A stretch of 64,000 nt of DNA from Armatimonadota bacterium (GTDB lineage Bacteria > Armatimonadota > HRBIN16): positions 2,720,001 to 2,784,000 of the forward strand of contig OY781964.1 in NCBI GenBank assembly GCA_963677485.1. Direction: 5' to 3'. Under the pieces are notes generated by a model that was not told the origin of the DNA, did not search any database, and was given only the letters and a program-made list of their open reading frames with translations. Every line of letters starts with the position of its first letter. The first letter of the stretch is position 1. The translations under genes and the position numbers were made by a program. This document shows, in pieces, positions 49,080 through 59,247 of the stretch.

Positions 49080-51130
49080 TCTACCTCAATCACAACGCCT
49101 TCCGGCTTGTTCGCGAAGTGCAGCGTGAGGGTGCGCGTGGCCTCATCGTAAACCCATTCCGCTCCGCTAACCCGCGACGGCCGCTTCGGCACGCGCAGCA
49201 GAGCAGCCCCCTGCGATTCGACAGGCCCTTCCACCCTGAGCGTCATCTTCCCACCGGAGAACTCCACGCCCTCGCACTTCCCGGCGCAGGCGATGAGCCC
49301 CGGCGACTTACTCGCCGCATTGAGGTCGACCAACAGCTTACGGTCGCCTGGCTTCAGCGTGATGCCATCCAGTATGGGAAGGCGGGCGTCGAACAGGTCC
49401 ACAAACCGACCCTTCAGTTGCAGGGAGGCGGGCCGGTCGACGTCGTCCAGAGCCGCCGCGACCACATACGGACCTCGGCGCAGCACGAAGGCCGGTTCTG
49501 CAGTCCATTTGCGGCGCATGAGGGAGAAGCCCTTCTGTGCCAACGCGATCAGCTCTGCGGCCCCTTTCGGGTCGGCTGCCAGTGCAGTGGGGTTCTTACG
49601 GCTGATGATCACATGCCCCTTGCCCACCGTTTTGATTGTTTCTTCGCAGCCAGCGGGCAGCCCAAGAAGCTCCAGTAGGTGGTCCATCGGGGTTGCATAG
49701 CTGTGCTCGCCGGTGTTCCACCACTCACGAACCTTGTTGGCGGGGTCGTTGCCGGCATCCACTATCAGCAGCGTGCCTCCAGCTTTCACCCACTCAACCA
49801 CAGGCGCATGCAACTCGGCTGCCGGGGGTTTCTGACCTTCGTAGCTCAGGCAGAGCAGTTTGAAGGGCTTCAGATAGTCCTTCAGCAGCACATTTTCCAA
49901 CTGCACCGGCTGCGCCGCCACTCCCGCTTTGATGAACGGGATCGCCTGACCGAAGAAGCAGCTCAGATGCGGGTCTCCAGTGAAGGGCTCGAACCGCTGG
50001 AACATCAGCGTATCGCTGACCAGCACCCCAACGCCCTGCATGCCGCTCTCCCATTTGAATTTGGGCTGCTTCATGTATCCCAGCGCATGGAACACGGTAA
50101 GTAACTCGGTTTCGTACTCTTTCGAGATGCGGCTTTCCGGCTGTCCCGCTTTGGCTGGGTACTTGAAGGTGAACGGTCGCTCCGGCCAGGGGCAGACCTC
50201 ATAATGGAATACCTCCGGCCATAACAGCGAGGCGACCAGCGTGTTCTCCCAGTGCATCTTGAAGTCCACCCAATCGCGGGCCTGGTCTTCCACAGGGTCG
50301 TTCAGGTAGATCATCCGGCGGCCGGTGCCTTTCACCAGATTGCTCAGCACCCCATACTCCAGGAAGGCGGTTTCAAAGGTGCGTTCTTTCAGCACACCGC
50401 GGTAGAGGTTGGGGGTGCGGGCGGTGCCGGTCCACACTTGGCCGATGTAGCCGTCGCAGCCTTCCAGTTGGGCCAGACTGTGCTCAGGGCTGACGATGCC
50501 CCACTGCGCATAGTTGATCATGCTGTGGGTGGGCACAAAGCAGCGCACATTCATGCCTTTGGTCTTGCCGTATTTCTGTGCTTCGCTGAACACCTGTTGC
50601 AGGGCACGGCGATACAGAAAGTATTTCAGCTTGCTGGCGCGGTATTGTGCTTCAGGAGAACTATACGGGGCCTGCCATGGCTCCTTGTAGTAACTCTGCC
50701 ACTCGCGCTTGAAGCTTTCGCTGTAGCCGGCCCGTACCCAGAACTCAGGCTCCTCAAGGAAGATCGTGTCGATGCCTTGATCGATCGCACGCTTCACACC
50801 ATCGGCCAGATAGAGGCCGTAGGTGATGGAAGGGGCCATGTAGGGTACGTCGACACCATGCCCGATGATCTCACCATTCCGTTCTCTCTGCGCTTCATCC
50901 CAATGGTTCTTACCATCCCACTGGCCATACAGATAGTCTTTGTACTCTCCCCAAGCCACTCCCGTCATCAGTTGGATGGTGTAGCCGGCTTTACGCCAGC
51001 CTTCCACTTTTTTAGGCAGATCGTTGTTGATGCCATAAACCATCGCGACGTCTGCCGGGATGTGCATCCGCGAGTCATAGTTGGCGCCTGTCTGGAAGCT
51101 TGTGAATTCTCTCTTTTTATTATCGGGCAT
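49076..51130 (-). CDS. Conserved hypothetical protein, probable glycoside hydrolase (TIM barrel plus trimerisation-like domain)
   Basis: IFLEEPEFW; C-terminal LSYEGQKP...WVKAGGTLL; adjacent to a polysaccharide beta-helix gene. Confidence 0.45.
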   Translation of the reverse strand: MPDNKKREFTSFQTGANYDSRMHIPADVAMVYGINNDLPKKVEGWRKAGYTIQLMTGVAWGEYKDYLYGQWDGKNHWDEAQRERNGEIIGHGVDVPYMAPSITYGLYLADGVKRAIDQGIDTIFLEEPEFWVRAGYSESFKREWQSYYKEPWQAPYSSPEAQYRASKLKYFLYRRALQQVFSEAQKYGKTKGMNVRCFVPTHSMINYAQWGIVSPEHSLAQLEGCDGYIGQVWTGTARTPNLYRGVLKERTFETAFLEYGVLSNLVKGTGRRMIYLNDPVEDQARDWVDFKMHWENTLVASLLWPEVFHYEVCPWPERPFTFKYPAKAGQPESRISKEYETELLTVFHALGYMKQPKFKWESGMQGVGVLVSDTLMFQRFEPFTGDPHLSCFFGQAIPFIKAGVAAQPVQLENVLLKDYLKPFKLLCLSYEGQKPPAAELHAPVVEWVKAGGTLLIVDAGNDPANKVREWWNTGEHSYATPMDHLLELLGLPAGCEETIKTVGKGHVIISRKNPTALAADPKGAAELIALAQKGFSLMRRKWTAEPAFVLRRGPYVVAAALDDVDRPASLQLKGRFVDLFDARLPILDGITLKPGDRKLLVDLNAASKSPGLIACAGKCEGVEFSGGKMTLRVEGPVESQGAALLRVPKRPSRVSGAEWVYDEATRTLTLHFANKPEGVVIEVE

Positions 51131-51144
51131 GGTGTGCTCCTGAA

Positions 51145-52482
51145 TTAGTCGTTGTCGCGGATGATGGCCCTATCACCGATCTGGTTCTTCACGATCAGTT
51201 TCTTTTCGGCGGTGTTGGCCAGGATTTTGGCTGACACCACGCCTCGTGTGAGTGTGACTGCCGTGGCATCTCGGTTGAACATACTGTTGATGACCGTCAA
51301 CTTGCCGGCCTCACAGAGAATCGCCGAGTCGTCCTTGCCTACGCGGCCCCAGTCACGCATACAGCATTGGCTGAGGCTGACGCTTCCCTTGCCCTGCAAA
51401 TACGCGATGTGCTGCGCGCTGCCCCAGAAGGTGCAGTTATTGAATTGAATGTAGTTGGAGCTCTTCTCTGTTGTGACGATCTGTGCGATTTCATGCTCTT
51501 TACTGCTGGCGAAGTCACCTTTCGCAGTCTCGTTGAACGCGGGATGCGCCACAAACTGGCCATTAGTGATGATAATGCCGAAGGGGTTAACGCTATCGGC
51601 CACGATGCACTGGATGGAACCATCGACTCCGCAGCCGCTCATCTGACCGTTGTAACTGCCGGCCTTTGTCTGCACAAAGTGAAAGCCGATTTTGGCTCCA
51701 TACACAAAGCAGTTGGTGAAGTAGCCCCAGTCGTTGCGTCCCACGATGAAGGCCTCCAGATTACGCCGCATCACATTCGCCACCGCCTGGTCGACGTTGG
51801 GTAGCGCGTCTATGGGGCGATTATCCATATCGCTGCGGGGCCAGTAGTGCGGGTTGAAATGCACGTTCTCTACACGGCTGATGTCGTAGCAGTTGTCGAT
51901 GAAGAGCCCCCGCCGAAGCACACATCCGTATATGTTGCGCACCACGCAGAGCGAACTGTCGCTGATACTGCCCAACGCGATGCCATTCCAGGCGTTGACC
52001 ATGGTGATATTCTCAATCTGGCAGTGCATCCCTTCGGCTTGAACCGCCCAGGGATAGGGCACAGGGTTGGGCCAGCTCTGTTCCGGCCAGGCGATGGTGA
52101 GGCCCATCAACCCGGTGCTGGTGTTCATGCGGATACCTGCCGGGGCGTCTTCTTTGCCGCGACCGCCCGTCAGCAGCAAGCAGGTTCCCACTTTAGTAAG
52201 GCCGTGGTGGGTGCTCTCCCATACGCCTTTCAGGGTCACCCCTGTGGGGATGTTCAGTGAACTTGCGATACGGAACTGGCCTGCGGGCAGCTCCAGGCTT
52301 CCACCTGTTTTGGCAGCCTGCCCCAGAAGTGACTGTATGGCCGCGGTGGCATCTGTTTTGCCGTCCGACATCGGTGCCAAGTCGGGTTCCACGGTGGTGC
52401 CGTTGATGCGTGCCGGTGCGGCGATGACCCCCAGCGGCAGCAGTAGCAGCGCGAGCAGCAGATACCGAAATGTGTGATTCAT
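51145..52482 (-). CDS. Secreted pectate-lyase-superfamily beta-helix protein
   Basis: Signal peptide; DGKTDATAAIQ, LPAGQFRI..SLNIPTGVTLKG, SRVENVHF. Confidence 0.8.
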   Translation of the reverse strand: MNHTFRYLLLALLLLPLGVIAAPARINGTTVEPDLAPMSDGKTDATAAIQSLLGQAAKTGGSLELPAGQFRIASSLNIPTGVTLKGVWESTHHGLTKVGTCLLLTGGRGKEDAPAGIRMNTSTGLMGLTIAWPEQSWPNPVPYPWAVQAEGMHCQIENITMVNAWNGIALGSISDSSLCVVRNIYGCVLRRGLFIDNCYDISRVENVHFNPHYWPRSDMDNRPIDALPNVDQAVANVMRRNLEAFIVGRNDWGYFTNCFVYGAKIGFHFVQTKAGSYNGQMSGCGVDGSIQCIVADSVNPFGIIITNGQFVAHPAFNETAKGDFASSKEHEIAQIVTTEKSSNYIQFNNCTFWGSAQHIAYLQGKGSVSLSQCCMRDWGRVGKDDSAILCEAGKLTVINSMFNRDATAVTLTRGVVSAKILANTAEKKLIVKNQIGDRAIIRDND

Positions 52483-52589
52483 GGCGTCAGCTCCGTATGT
52501 GATTAGTTACTATCTGTACTACTATTCGCTAAGGCCAGCGGCATTCCCTGCGTGGCCTTGGACGTTCTGACCACGGTCATCCACCGTCG

Positions 52590-53372
52590 TTACACCACCG
52601 TCCGGTACATGCAGCCTTGTGGGATAAAATGCGTAGGAACCCCAGGGAACTGCTCCGATACATATTGTGCCAGGCTCTTCATGCCAGGCTCTTCGGCGGT
52701 GCAATGGTTGACTATCACCAAGGGTATACCGCGGTCAAGGCACCAGGCGCCATCAGCCCAGTAGTTCATGCCGTCGTCCGTGCCGATGATGGCATCTGCA
52801 CCCAGGCTGGTCATGGTTTCATAGCGGGTGATCGCCCCGCAGCCAATCGCCACACGGTTCACTGGGGCATCGGGTTCGCCCACCATCTGCACCGCGTTTT
52901 GGCCAATTTCACGGGTGTGTTCGGCCACATGTTTGGCGAGTTCTCCCAAGGTGGCGACGGGCGACTGGTAGACAGAATGGAACCGGTCAGAGTTCAGCTT
53001 CTCTGACAGCCCAAGCTGCGCTCCCCAGCGGTCGACTATCCCCACCACAGGCATCTGATCCCACACATCGTGGCAGCGGAAGATCACCAGCCGGTTTTGC
53101 TCGATATACAGCCCTTTTTCCTTGCAGTGAGGTTGGGCAAACAGCCGTTCGTCGTCATCCATGTGATTGTAGAACACCGGCTCGTGGGTGATGAACAGGT
53201 TGCAGCCCATCTCAACGGCTTGTTTCAGTGCAGAAGTGCGTGCCTGCCATGCCACCGCGATGCCTCGAACCTCCGTCTCTGGGTCGCCTGTGATGAAGCG
53301 GTCGCAGGTTTTGTCCCAGTTCACCCAGGTTCCGATGGTCTGCATGTGATTTTTGATATCGATAGCCTTCAT
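52590..53372 (-). CDS. Nif3-like dinuclear metal centre protein
   Basis: GDPETEVRGIAV, LFITHEPVFY, FRCHDVWD, VNHCTAEEPGM. Start at 53372; the upstream ORF-track extension is repeat-derived. Confidence 0.88.
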   Translation of the reverse strand: MKAIDIKNHMQTIGTWVNWDKTCDRFITGDPETEVRGIAVAWQARTSALKQAVEMGCNLFITHEPVFYNHMDDDERLFAQPHCKEKGLYIEQNRLVIFRCHDVWDQMPVVGIVDRWGAQLGLSEKLNSDRFHSVYQSPVATLGELAKHVAEHTREIGQNAVQMVGEPDAPVNRVAIGCGAITRYETMTSLGADAIIGTDDGMNYWADGAWCLDRGIPLVIVNHCTAEEPGMKSLAQYVSEQFPGVPTHFIPQGCMYRTVV

Positions 53373-53484
53373 TGTGATCACCTCCGGTGCTGAGAGTGTA
53401 TCACCGCAGGCGGTTTGTTGCCAGTGTGCATATGGGACGCTGGGCGAGTTTTGGGTTCTTGACGCGAGCAGTGGTCTAGGTTCT

Positions 53485-53595
53485 TTTAACCACGGATGGA
53501 CGCGAATGAACGCGGATGGGAACGGCTGGTGTTGACGGCCCCAAATCGCCGGGGTTGTTTGAACCACGAATGGACACGAATGGACACGAATAGGG
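53485..53595 (+). repeat. Short-period repeat modules
   Basis: AACCACGGATGGACGCGAATGAACGCGGAT; GAACCACGAATGGACACGAATGGACACGAAT. Confidence 0.8.
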
Positions 53596-53619
53596 AACAA
53601 AACCGGATCCATTGGAGGT

Positions 53620-54063
53620 GAATCCGTAGGGATGGCCCTTGTGGCCATCCGCAGACGCAGGATGACTACAAAATGGTGTAACGGAAGGCAGGTAACATAC
53701 GGTAAAACCGTCTCTATCCATAAATCTGGCGGATGAGCACAAGGCTCATCCCTACGAATGCAGGTAATTAAAACAAGCCGACAACAAAAACACCAGCGTA
53801 GGACATGCCCGCACGGATAATGCCGAGGGAGGAATACTGCGCCGAATTTGTCGGAGGCGAATCCGTAGGGATGGCCCTTGTGGCCATCCGCAGACGCAGG
53901 ATGACTGTAATGTGGTGAGACAGAAGGTAGATAACATGCGGCACACCAGCCTGTATCCATAAATCTGGCGGATGAGCACAAGACTCATCCCTACGAATGC
54001 AGGTCATATAATGGTGATTTTCGAAGGGACACTAATCTATTACCTCATCCCTACGAATGCAGG
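53620..54063 (+). repeat. Tandemly duplicated REPIN-like unit (about 145 bp x2, period about 240 bp) plus a partial third end
   Basis: GAATCCGTAGGGATGGCCCTTGTGGCCATCCGCAGACGCAGGATGACT...ATCCATAAATCTGGCGGATGAGCACAAG(G/A)CTCATCCCTACGAATGCAGG twice. Confidence 0.88.
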
Positions 54064-54085
54064 CTATCCAAACAATATGCCATCC

Positions 54086-54120
54086 AAAAACACCGGCGCG
54101 GGATATGCCCGCGCCGGTGT
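54086..54120 (-). terminator. Rho-independent terminator of the VIT-vWA gene
   Basis: AAAAACACCGGCGCGGG...CCCGCGCCGGTGT. Confidence 0.8.
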
Positions 54121-54128
54121 GGATGCGG

Positions 54129-56396
54129 CTACTTCGCCTGGACGGTCAGACTCTTCATCTCGGCGTCGCTCAGTGTCTCCTGACCTTTGGGGCCGATCTC
54201 CACAGCATTGTTGTTGGCCAGAATGGCACGCACATTGCCCAGTGTGGAGTACTGCGCCAGTTTGGGATAGGCCTTCAGCAGCTTGAAGTGCGCGTCGGAG
54301 AACTGCTTGATCTGCATCGCCTTCTGGTCGGGCATCAGACCCGCATCCTCCCAAAACTCACCGCGCTGGTAGAAGGTGCGTGAGGCCACGTTCTGCACAT
54401 TCGCCACAATCACGGTACGGTCGTAGGCGTCCTGGTAGGTTCCACCGATGCGCCGGTTGGCGGCCATCGTACCGAGCTGCTGTGCATTGGCCCGTCCGCC
54501 GGCGGGCATATTCAGCATTCCGGGTGCCTGAGCGGCGTTTTTGCTGCTGTTGGAGTTGGAACTCTGCGCCACACTGTATGCCCCGGTGGTGACATCGGCC
54601 GCTTCTCCAGACTGTTGGCGCATCTGCAACATATCCTTCTGTAACTCGGCCTCGGTCTTGCGTTCATCCGCCAGGAAGGAGGTGTATTCGGTGGGTATTC
54701 CATACTTCTTGGACAACCGCACCACCTCGTCTATCAGCTCCTGGTTGGAGTGCAGCCGGATTTCGTCCAGCAGATATCCGATTTTGCGCGAGGCCCAGAG
54801 CTGGGCGATGAACTGATGCTCTTCACCACTATCGGGCAGGCGGGTGGTCAGCACAAAGCTCTTCTTTTGGTCGCCAGCCGTGCCCCTCAGGATCACTTTG
54901 ACCTCACCCGATCCCTGATATCGTCCCAGCACGATGAGCTGGGTGCCGGTGAAGATGTCGGGCAGATCGGTGTTGGGGTACCTGTCGCTGGTCTTGAGCC
55001 CCTGGATTTCCAGGGTCACATCCGACAGCAGCGGGTCGCTGACTTTTGCGAAGAATCCGCTGATCTTGGCCTCGATGCTCTCCTTCGGACGCACATAATC
55101 GCTGGAGCCGCGGTTTTGCTCCGAGAGTTTGTCCAGAAGGTGGGTGTTCACATCGTAACCCACACCGAACACGAACATCCGAGCTTTGGGGTTCTTGGCA
55201 TTGGTCAGAATGACCTGCGGGTCGGTGTTTCCCGCCGTGGGCTGACCATCGGTGATGAAAATCACGTAGTTGTTCGAGGATTCGACCCCGGCAAACTGCT
55301 TGCGTGCGCTTATCAGGGCATCGTTGATATTGGTGCCGCCCGATGCATCGAGCTCATTGACCGTGTCCAGCGCCTTTTTGCGACTTTCGCTGCTGAGCTT
55401 CTGAAGCGTCTTGAACAACAGATCGGGGTTTTCGTTGAAGGTGATCACGTTGAAGCTGTCCTGCGGCTTCAAGGAGTTCAGACAGAAGCTGAGTGCCTGC
55501 TTCGCTTGGTCGATCTTTTCACCCGCCATGCTGCCGGTGCGGTCCAGCACAAAAGCCACGTTCTTGGGCTGCACTTTGGCCTTCGCCACTTCCACACGCG
55601 GACTGGCCAACAGCATGTAGTAGCCAGGTTCGCCGGGCTGTTTGTGCGCCACCATGTCGATGCCAACGTCGTCATTTGACACAGAATAGTAGAGCTCCAG
55701 GTCAGTATCCGGCACGCTGTTTTTAGCCGACCATGTCACGGTGGCCTCGCGGTCGGAGGTGCGGTCTACCACCACTTGATGGGTGGGCGAATAGACGCTG
55801 GTGATCGGCCGTGAGGCGCTGATCTTGATGGTGACGGAACAGTCCTCCAGCGGTCGGGCGGAGAACCGCTCCGTGCTGAGGGGGTAGACGTACCGGCAGA
55901 CATTGCCAGTTTTTTTCACCACCTCCGCGTAGCTTAAGCGGATCCGCTTGTCACCGTTCGCGGGGATGGGGTAAACCCGCGCGCGAAAGGTGTTGCGGCC
56001 GATATACTCCAGTATCGCCGGGTCTTTACGCTGCCTGACGATAGATTCGTATATATTTCTAGCTTCGTCTTTATCCAGGATATTGCCAAGTATCTCCTGC
56101 TCGCCGGCATACATGGAGAACTTGGTGATGGCGGAACCCTCCGGCATTGGGAATATATACATGCCCTCGCGGTCCACTCCGCTGTCGTTGTGGAATATCT
56201 GGTCGACCTTAGTAGTGCAAAGCTGGTCTTGGATGTTGACATTCACGTGATGGTATTTCACGGTGAACAGTTCCTTGGGCATCATGATGCTGGTATTGGG
56301 CCGTTCGATGGGGAAGATCATACCATCAGCCAATGCGCCGATGCTGAGCAGCATGGACAGCATCAGCATGGGGATTACGTGTGCTATAGCCTTCAT
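54129..56396 (-). CDS. Secreted VIT plus vWA domain protein
   Basis: Signal peptide; VIT (EARNIYESIVRQRKDPAILEY, ARVYPI); vWA VLDRTGSM, GGTNI, FITDGQPT, FGVGYDVN. Confidence 0.92.
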   Translation of the reverse strand: MKAIAHVIPMLMLSMLLSIGALADGMIFPIERPNTSIMMPKELFTVKYHHVNVNIQDQLCTTKVDQIFHNDSGVDREGMYIFPMPEGSAITKFSMYAGEQEILGNILDKDEARNIYESIVRQRKDPAILEYIGRNTFRARVYPIPANGDKRIRLSYAEVVKKTGNVCRYVYPLSTERFSARPLEDCSVTIKISASRPITSVYSPTHQVVVDRTSDREATVTWSAKNSVPDTDLELYYSVSNDDVGIDMVAHKQPGEPGYYMLLASPRVEVAKAKVQPKNVAFVLDRTGSMAGEKIDQAKQALSFCLNSLKPQDSFNVITFNENPDLLFKTLQKLSSESRKKALDTVNELDASGGTNINDALISARKQFAGVESSNNYVIFITDGQPTAGNTDPQVILTNAKNPKARMFVFGVGYDVNTHLLDKLSEQNRGSSDYVRPKESIEAKISGFFAKVSDPLLSDVTLEIQGLKTSDRYPNTDLPDIFTGTQLIVLGRYQGSGEVKVILRGTAGDQKKSFVLTTRLPDSGEEHQFIAQLWASRKIGYLLDEIRLHSNQELIDEVVRLSKKYGIPTEYTSFLADERKTEAELQKDMLQMRQQSGEAADVTTGAYSVAQSSNSNSSKNAAQAPGMLNMPAGGRANAQQLGTMAANRRIGGTYQDAYDRTVIVANVQNVASRTFYQRGEFWEDAGLMPDQKAMQIKQFSDAHFKLLKAYPKLAQYSTLGNVRAILANNNAVEIGPKGQETLSDAEMKSLTVQAK

Positions 56397-56502
56397 AGGT
56401 TCCTCCGGTTCTCCTTCGGGTATCGCCCGTCTTGCTGGAAGTGCGATGAACAGAGAATAAGACGATACCACGCGGGAAAAGTTTCAGGTGGGTTTGGGGG
56501 AT

Positions 56503-56725
56503 TCCAACGCAAAGGCGCAAGGGACGCAGAGGACGCAAAGGGGGGATGGCCTCACGCGGAGACGCGGAGAGCGCGGAGGGGGCCTCCCCATCCGTGAAAT
56601 CCTCCCCATCCGTGTAATCCGTGGTTCAGACAAAAGGCTCGGAGGGAATGTCTCACTCAAAGACTGATTAACCCTTGCGTCCTTGCACCTTTGCGCCTTT
56701 GCGTTGGGATCCGTGGTTCAGACAA
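56503..56725. repeat. Short-period repeat module cluster
   Basis: AACGCAAAGGCGCAAG, CTCACGCGGAGACGCGGAGAGCGCGGAG, ATCCGTGTAATCCGTGGTTCAGACA, CTTTGCGCCTTTGCGTT. Confidence 0.85.
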
Positions 56726-56972
56726 GCCCCTGCCGTTCAATATGCCCCCGGCTACAAGCTCGCTTCCACCCATTTCAACAATCGACCCAAGTTAGTGCCC
56801 TTAAGCATTGACAACCTCCAATATAAAAGGTATACATAATCAGAGCAGCACTGTAAACCAAGCAATTGGATTAACTGAACAAGGACTAACAACAGATTTT
56901 GCGAGGGAGCTGGCGTTGAGCCATCTCAAGGCTGCCGCCGCAATGCTGGCTAATACCGGAGGAAAAGACCAA

Positions 56973-57977
56973 ATGCGCATCCCAACTATCGTTATGTGTA
57001 CCCTGTGTTTCGCGTCAATGGCTACCCAGACACTGTGCTCCACCAAGTTCACGATCAAAGAGCTAAGCGTTCCCAAAGGAGCAAAAAGTGCCATCGCAGT
57101 ATCCGTCAATGCTCGCGGGGACGTCGTAGGCTATAGCATTACACCGCAGAACTCAACTGCTGGTAGCATGAGTAACACACGGGCAGTGTTGTGGAAAGAT
57201 GGCAAGCTCATTGATCTTCATCCATCCAGTAGTGCGACCGGCTCAAGAGCCGTCGCTATCAATGACAAAGGGGATGTACTCGTAAGTAGCGGATATTACA
57301 ATGCGTACCTTTGGACTAATGGGAAGTTTCGGAACCTCGGGACGCTTCCGGGTTATCCGAAAACATTGGGATATGCCCTTAACAATAAAGGTCAAGTGGC
57401 AGGTGTGTGTTTCACTAGCAATGGATTGCAGAAGCCCTTCATCTGGACTAACGGACGGATGGTAATATTAAAGATGCCTCCTAAATGCGATAATGCAGAG
57501 ATAGTAGGAATAAGTGATCAGGGCGTAGTGATCGGTAGGACCGAAATATATGAAACACGTTCATATTGGGTTCTGTGGAAACGGCAAGAGATGAATATAC
57601 TTAAAATGCCCAAAGTGATGTGTCTGTTCGGGATGAACAATAAAGGTAATGCGACCGGATTCAACGAGCCGAACCGCAGTAAAAGAATTGCTGTGGTATG
57701 GAAAGACGGTAACCTCAAACAACTTAAAATCCCCAAGGGTATCAGGGAATCACAAGGAAAGGCAATAAACGACCGTGGATGGGTAGCCGGAGATGCGATT
57801 TCTGGCGCAATGAAATATGCCATAGTGTGGCTACCAAAAGAGGTTGTTGACCTGCGGATTCCAGGAAGGGACACGCGCGCATATGGGATAAACAATGCGG
57901 GCACCGTGGTTGGTTCTTTCGCAGACGCTAAGGGCAACCTGCGTCCAGTGGTTTGGACAATGCAGCCGGGTAAATAG
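56973..57977 (+). CDS. Secreted HAF-repeat-like extracellular protein (AT-rich)
   Basis: Repeats AVSVNARGDVVG, AVAINDKGDV, NLGTLPG, ALNNKGQVAG, AYGINNAGTVVG; signal peptide; SD GGAGG. Confidence 0.85.
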   Translation: MRIPTIVMCTLCFASMATQTLCSTKFTIKELSVPKGAKSAIAVSVNARGDVVGYSITPQNSTAGSMSNTRAVLWKDGKLIDLHPSSSATGSRAVAINDKGDVLVSSGYYNAYLWTNGKFRNLGTLPGYPKTLGYALNNKGQVAGVCFTSNGLQKPFIWTNGRMVILKMPPKCDNAEIVGISDQGVVIGRTEIYETRSYWVLWKRQEMNILKMPKVMCLFGMNNKGNATGFNEPNRSKRIAVVWKDGNLKQLKIPKGIRESQGKAINDRGWVAGDAISGAMKYAIVWLPKEVVDLRIPGRDTRAYGINNAGTVVGSFADAKGNLRPVVWTMQPGK

Positions 57978-58065
57978 CTGCTATATCTACTGGCAGCGAC
58001 ATACACGTATGGTTCAGCAGCGGCATCGCCTGTGTGGGGCAGGCATATAGGCTTGCCCCACACCA

Positions 58066-58091
58066 CGATGTAATACATATGCATTACATCG
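58066..58091. promoter_or_regulatory. Probable toxin-antitoxin operator palindrome
   Basis: CGATGTAAT-N8-ATTACATCG immediately before a TACAAT -10-like box. Confidence 0.6.
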
Positions 58092-58121
58092 GTGGTACAA
58101 TGGGCATAGAGGTACCACAAC

Positions 58122-58424
58122 ATGCCAACAACACGCATCAAGTCGGACAGCCTGAGTTGCAGGGTGTCCCCTGAACACAAGCAGTTGATCGAACAGGCGG
58201 CGAAGCTCTCGGGGTATAGCCTGTCGGACTTCATCACTCATGCTTTAGTCTCTACCGCGGCCGAGATGGTGCGCGAAGCACCGGTCATACAACTGACAAA
58301 GAGCGAGTGGGACAGCTTCACATCATCCCTGGATCGACCTGTGCGAGTGCCAGGAGAAGCAACTCAGCACGCCGTCGAACTGTTCAACCAAGGGCATGAT
58401 GATGCCGATACGAAGGTATGGTAG
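58122..58424 (+). CDS. DUF1778 (TacA-like RHH) antitoxin
   Basis: LSCRVSPEHKQLIEQAAKLSGYSLSDFI...VIQLTKSEWDSF..SLDRP. Confidence 0.9.
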   Translation: MPTTRIKSDSLSCRVSPEHKQLIEQAAKLSGYSLSDFITHALVSTAAEMVREAPVIQLTKSEWDSFTSSLDRPVRVPGEATQHAVELFNQGHDDADTKVW

Positions 58425-58939
58425 AGAGGCCGGTCAGCCCTTCGCCCCTGGTCATCGAACATCTCGACAAGGCTGTGCATAACAGGCGAGACTTCGACTG
58501 TGGCGAACCGGCTCTGAATGATTACCTGATGTTTACCGCGCGGCAGCATGTAGATAAGGGCTACGCCCAAGTATGGGTTGCCGTGCAGGAGCCAGGTGCC
58601 GCTCAGGTGATCGGCTACTATACTCTTTCCATGAGTGCTGTTGAGTCTGACGAGGTGCCTCATAAAACCGGCATCAAGAGGATACCCGCGGTTCTACTTG
58701 GCAGGCTGGCGGTAGATAGCCGCTACCAGGGCCAAAACATAGGCGTCCGGCTTCTCATCCACGCCCAGCGCAGTGCCTTACTGCTCTCCCGGAATGTGGG
58801 TGTTCATGCGCTCATCGTGGATGCTCTCAATGAGAAAGCCGCGGCATTCTACCGGAAATACGACTTTGAGGAGCTCACTACCGGACCTCTGCACCTGTAC
58901 AAGACCATCAAAGACATCGCCGCGATGGGCATCATATAA
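58418..58939 (+). CDS. GNAT toxin (TacT/AtaT-like tRNA acetyltransferase)
   Basis: HNRRDFDCGEPALNDYL, IGYYTLS, IPAVLLGRLAVDSRYQGQNIG, LIVDALNEKAAAFY. Confidence 0.92.
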   Translation: MVERPVSPSPLVIEHLDKAVHNRRDFDCGEPALNDYLMFTARQHVDKGYAQVWVAVQEPGAAQVIGYYTLSMSAVESDEVPHKTGIKRIPAVLLGRLAVDSRYQGQNIGVRLLIHAQRSALLLSRNVGVHALIVDALNEKAAAFYRKYDFEELTTGPLHLYKTIKDIAAMGII

Positions 58940-58944
58940 GGTGT

Positions 58945-59225
58945 ATCTCACGCAGAGACGCGGAGAGCGCGGAGGGGATATAAATACACAGATCACACAG
59001 ATGACGCAGATAAGGAACCGCGACTATCCCATCCGTGTCATCCGTGGTTCAGACAGGTCCGGCGCAGCCATGCCCTAATCTGCGTAATCTGCGTAATCTG
59101 TGGATCACCCTCCCCATTCGTGTTCATTCGTGGTGAACAAGCACCGATATGACCTGTAGGACGAGTAGGACGGGTCACACAACAAATGGCCTTTGCGTCA
59201 TGGCACCTTTGCGCCATTGCGTTGG
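58945..59225. repeat. Short-period repeat module cluster
   Basis: CTCACGCAGAGACGCGGAGAGCGCGGAG, CACAGATCACACAGATGACGCAGAT, ATCCGTGTCATCCGTGGTTCAGACA, ATCTGCGTAATCTGCGTAATCTGTGG. Confidence 0.85.
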
Positions 59226-59247
59226 GTTTCGTCCTATCTCCTGCCGC

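Noticed and set aside
53373-53981. Long N-terminal extensions in the ORF track (Nif3; also 20868-21107, 56808-56972, 60217-60465)
   Set aside because: They translate repeats, intergenic DNA or an overlapping gene; better starts with SD or ATGA coupling lie downstream.
53620-54063. CRISPR array
   Set aside because: Only 2-3 long units, interiors homologous to each other, GTAG REP hairpin arms, and no cas genes.
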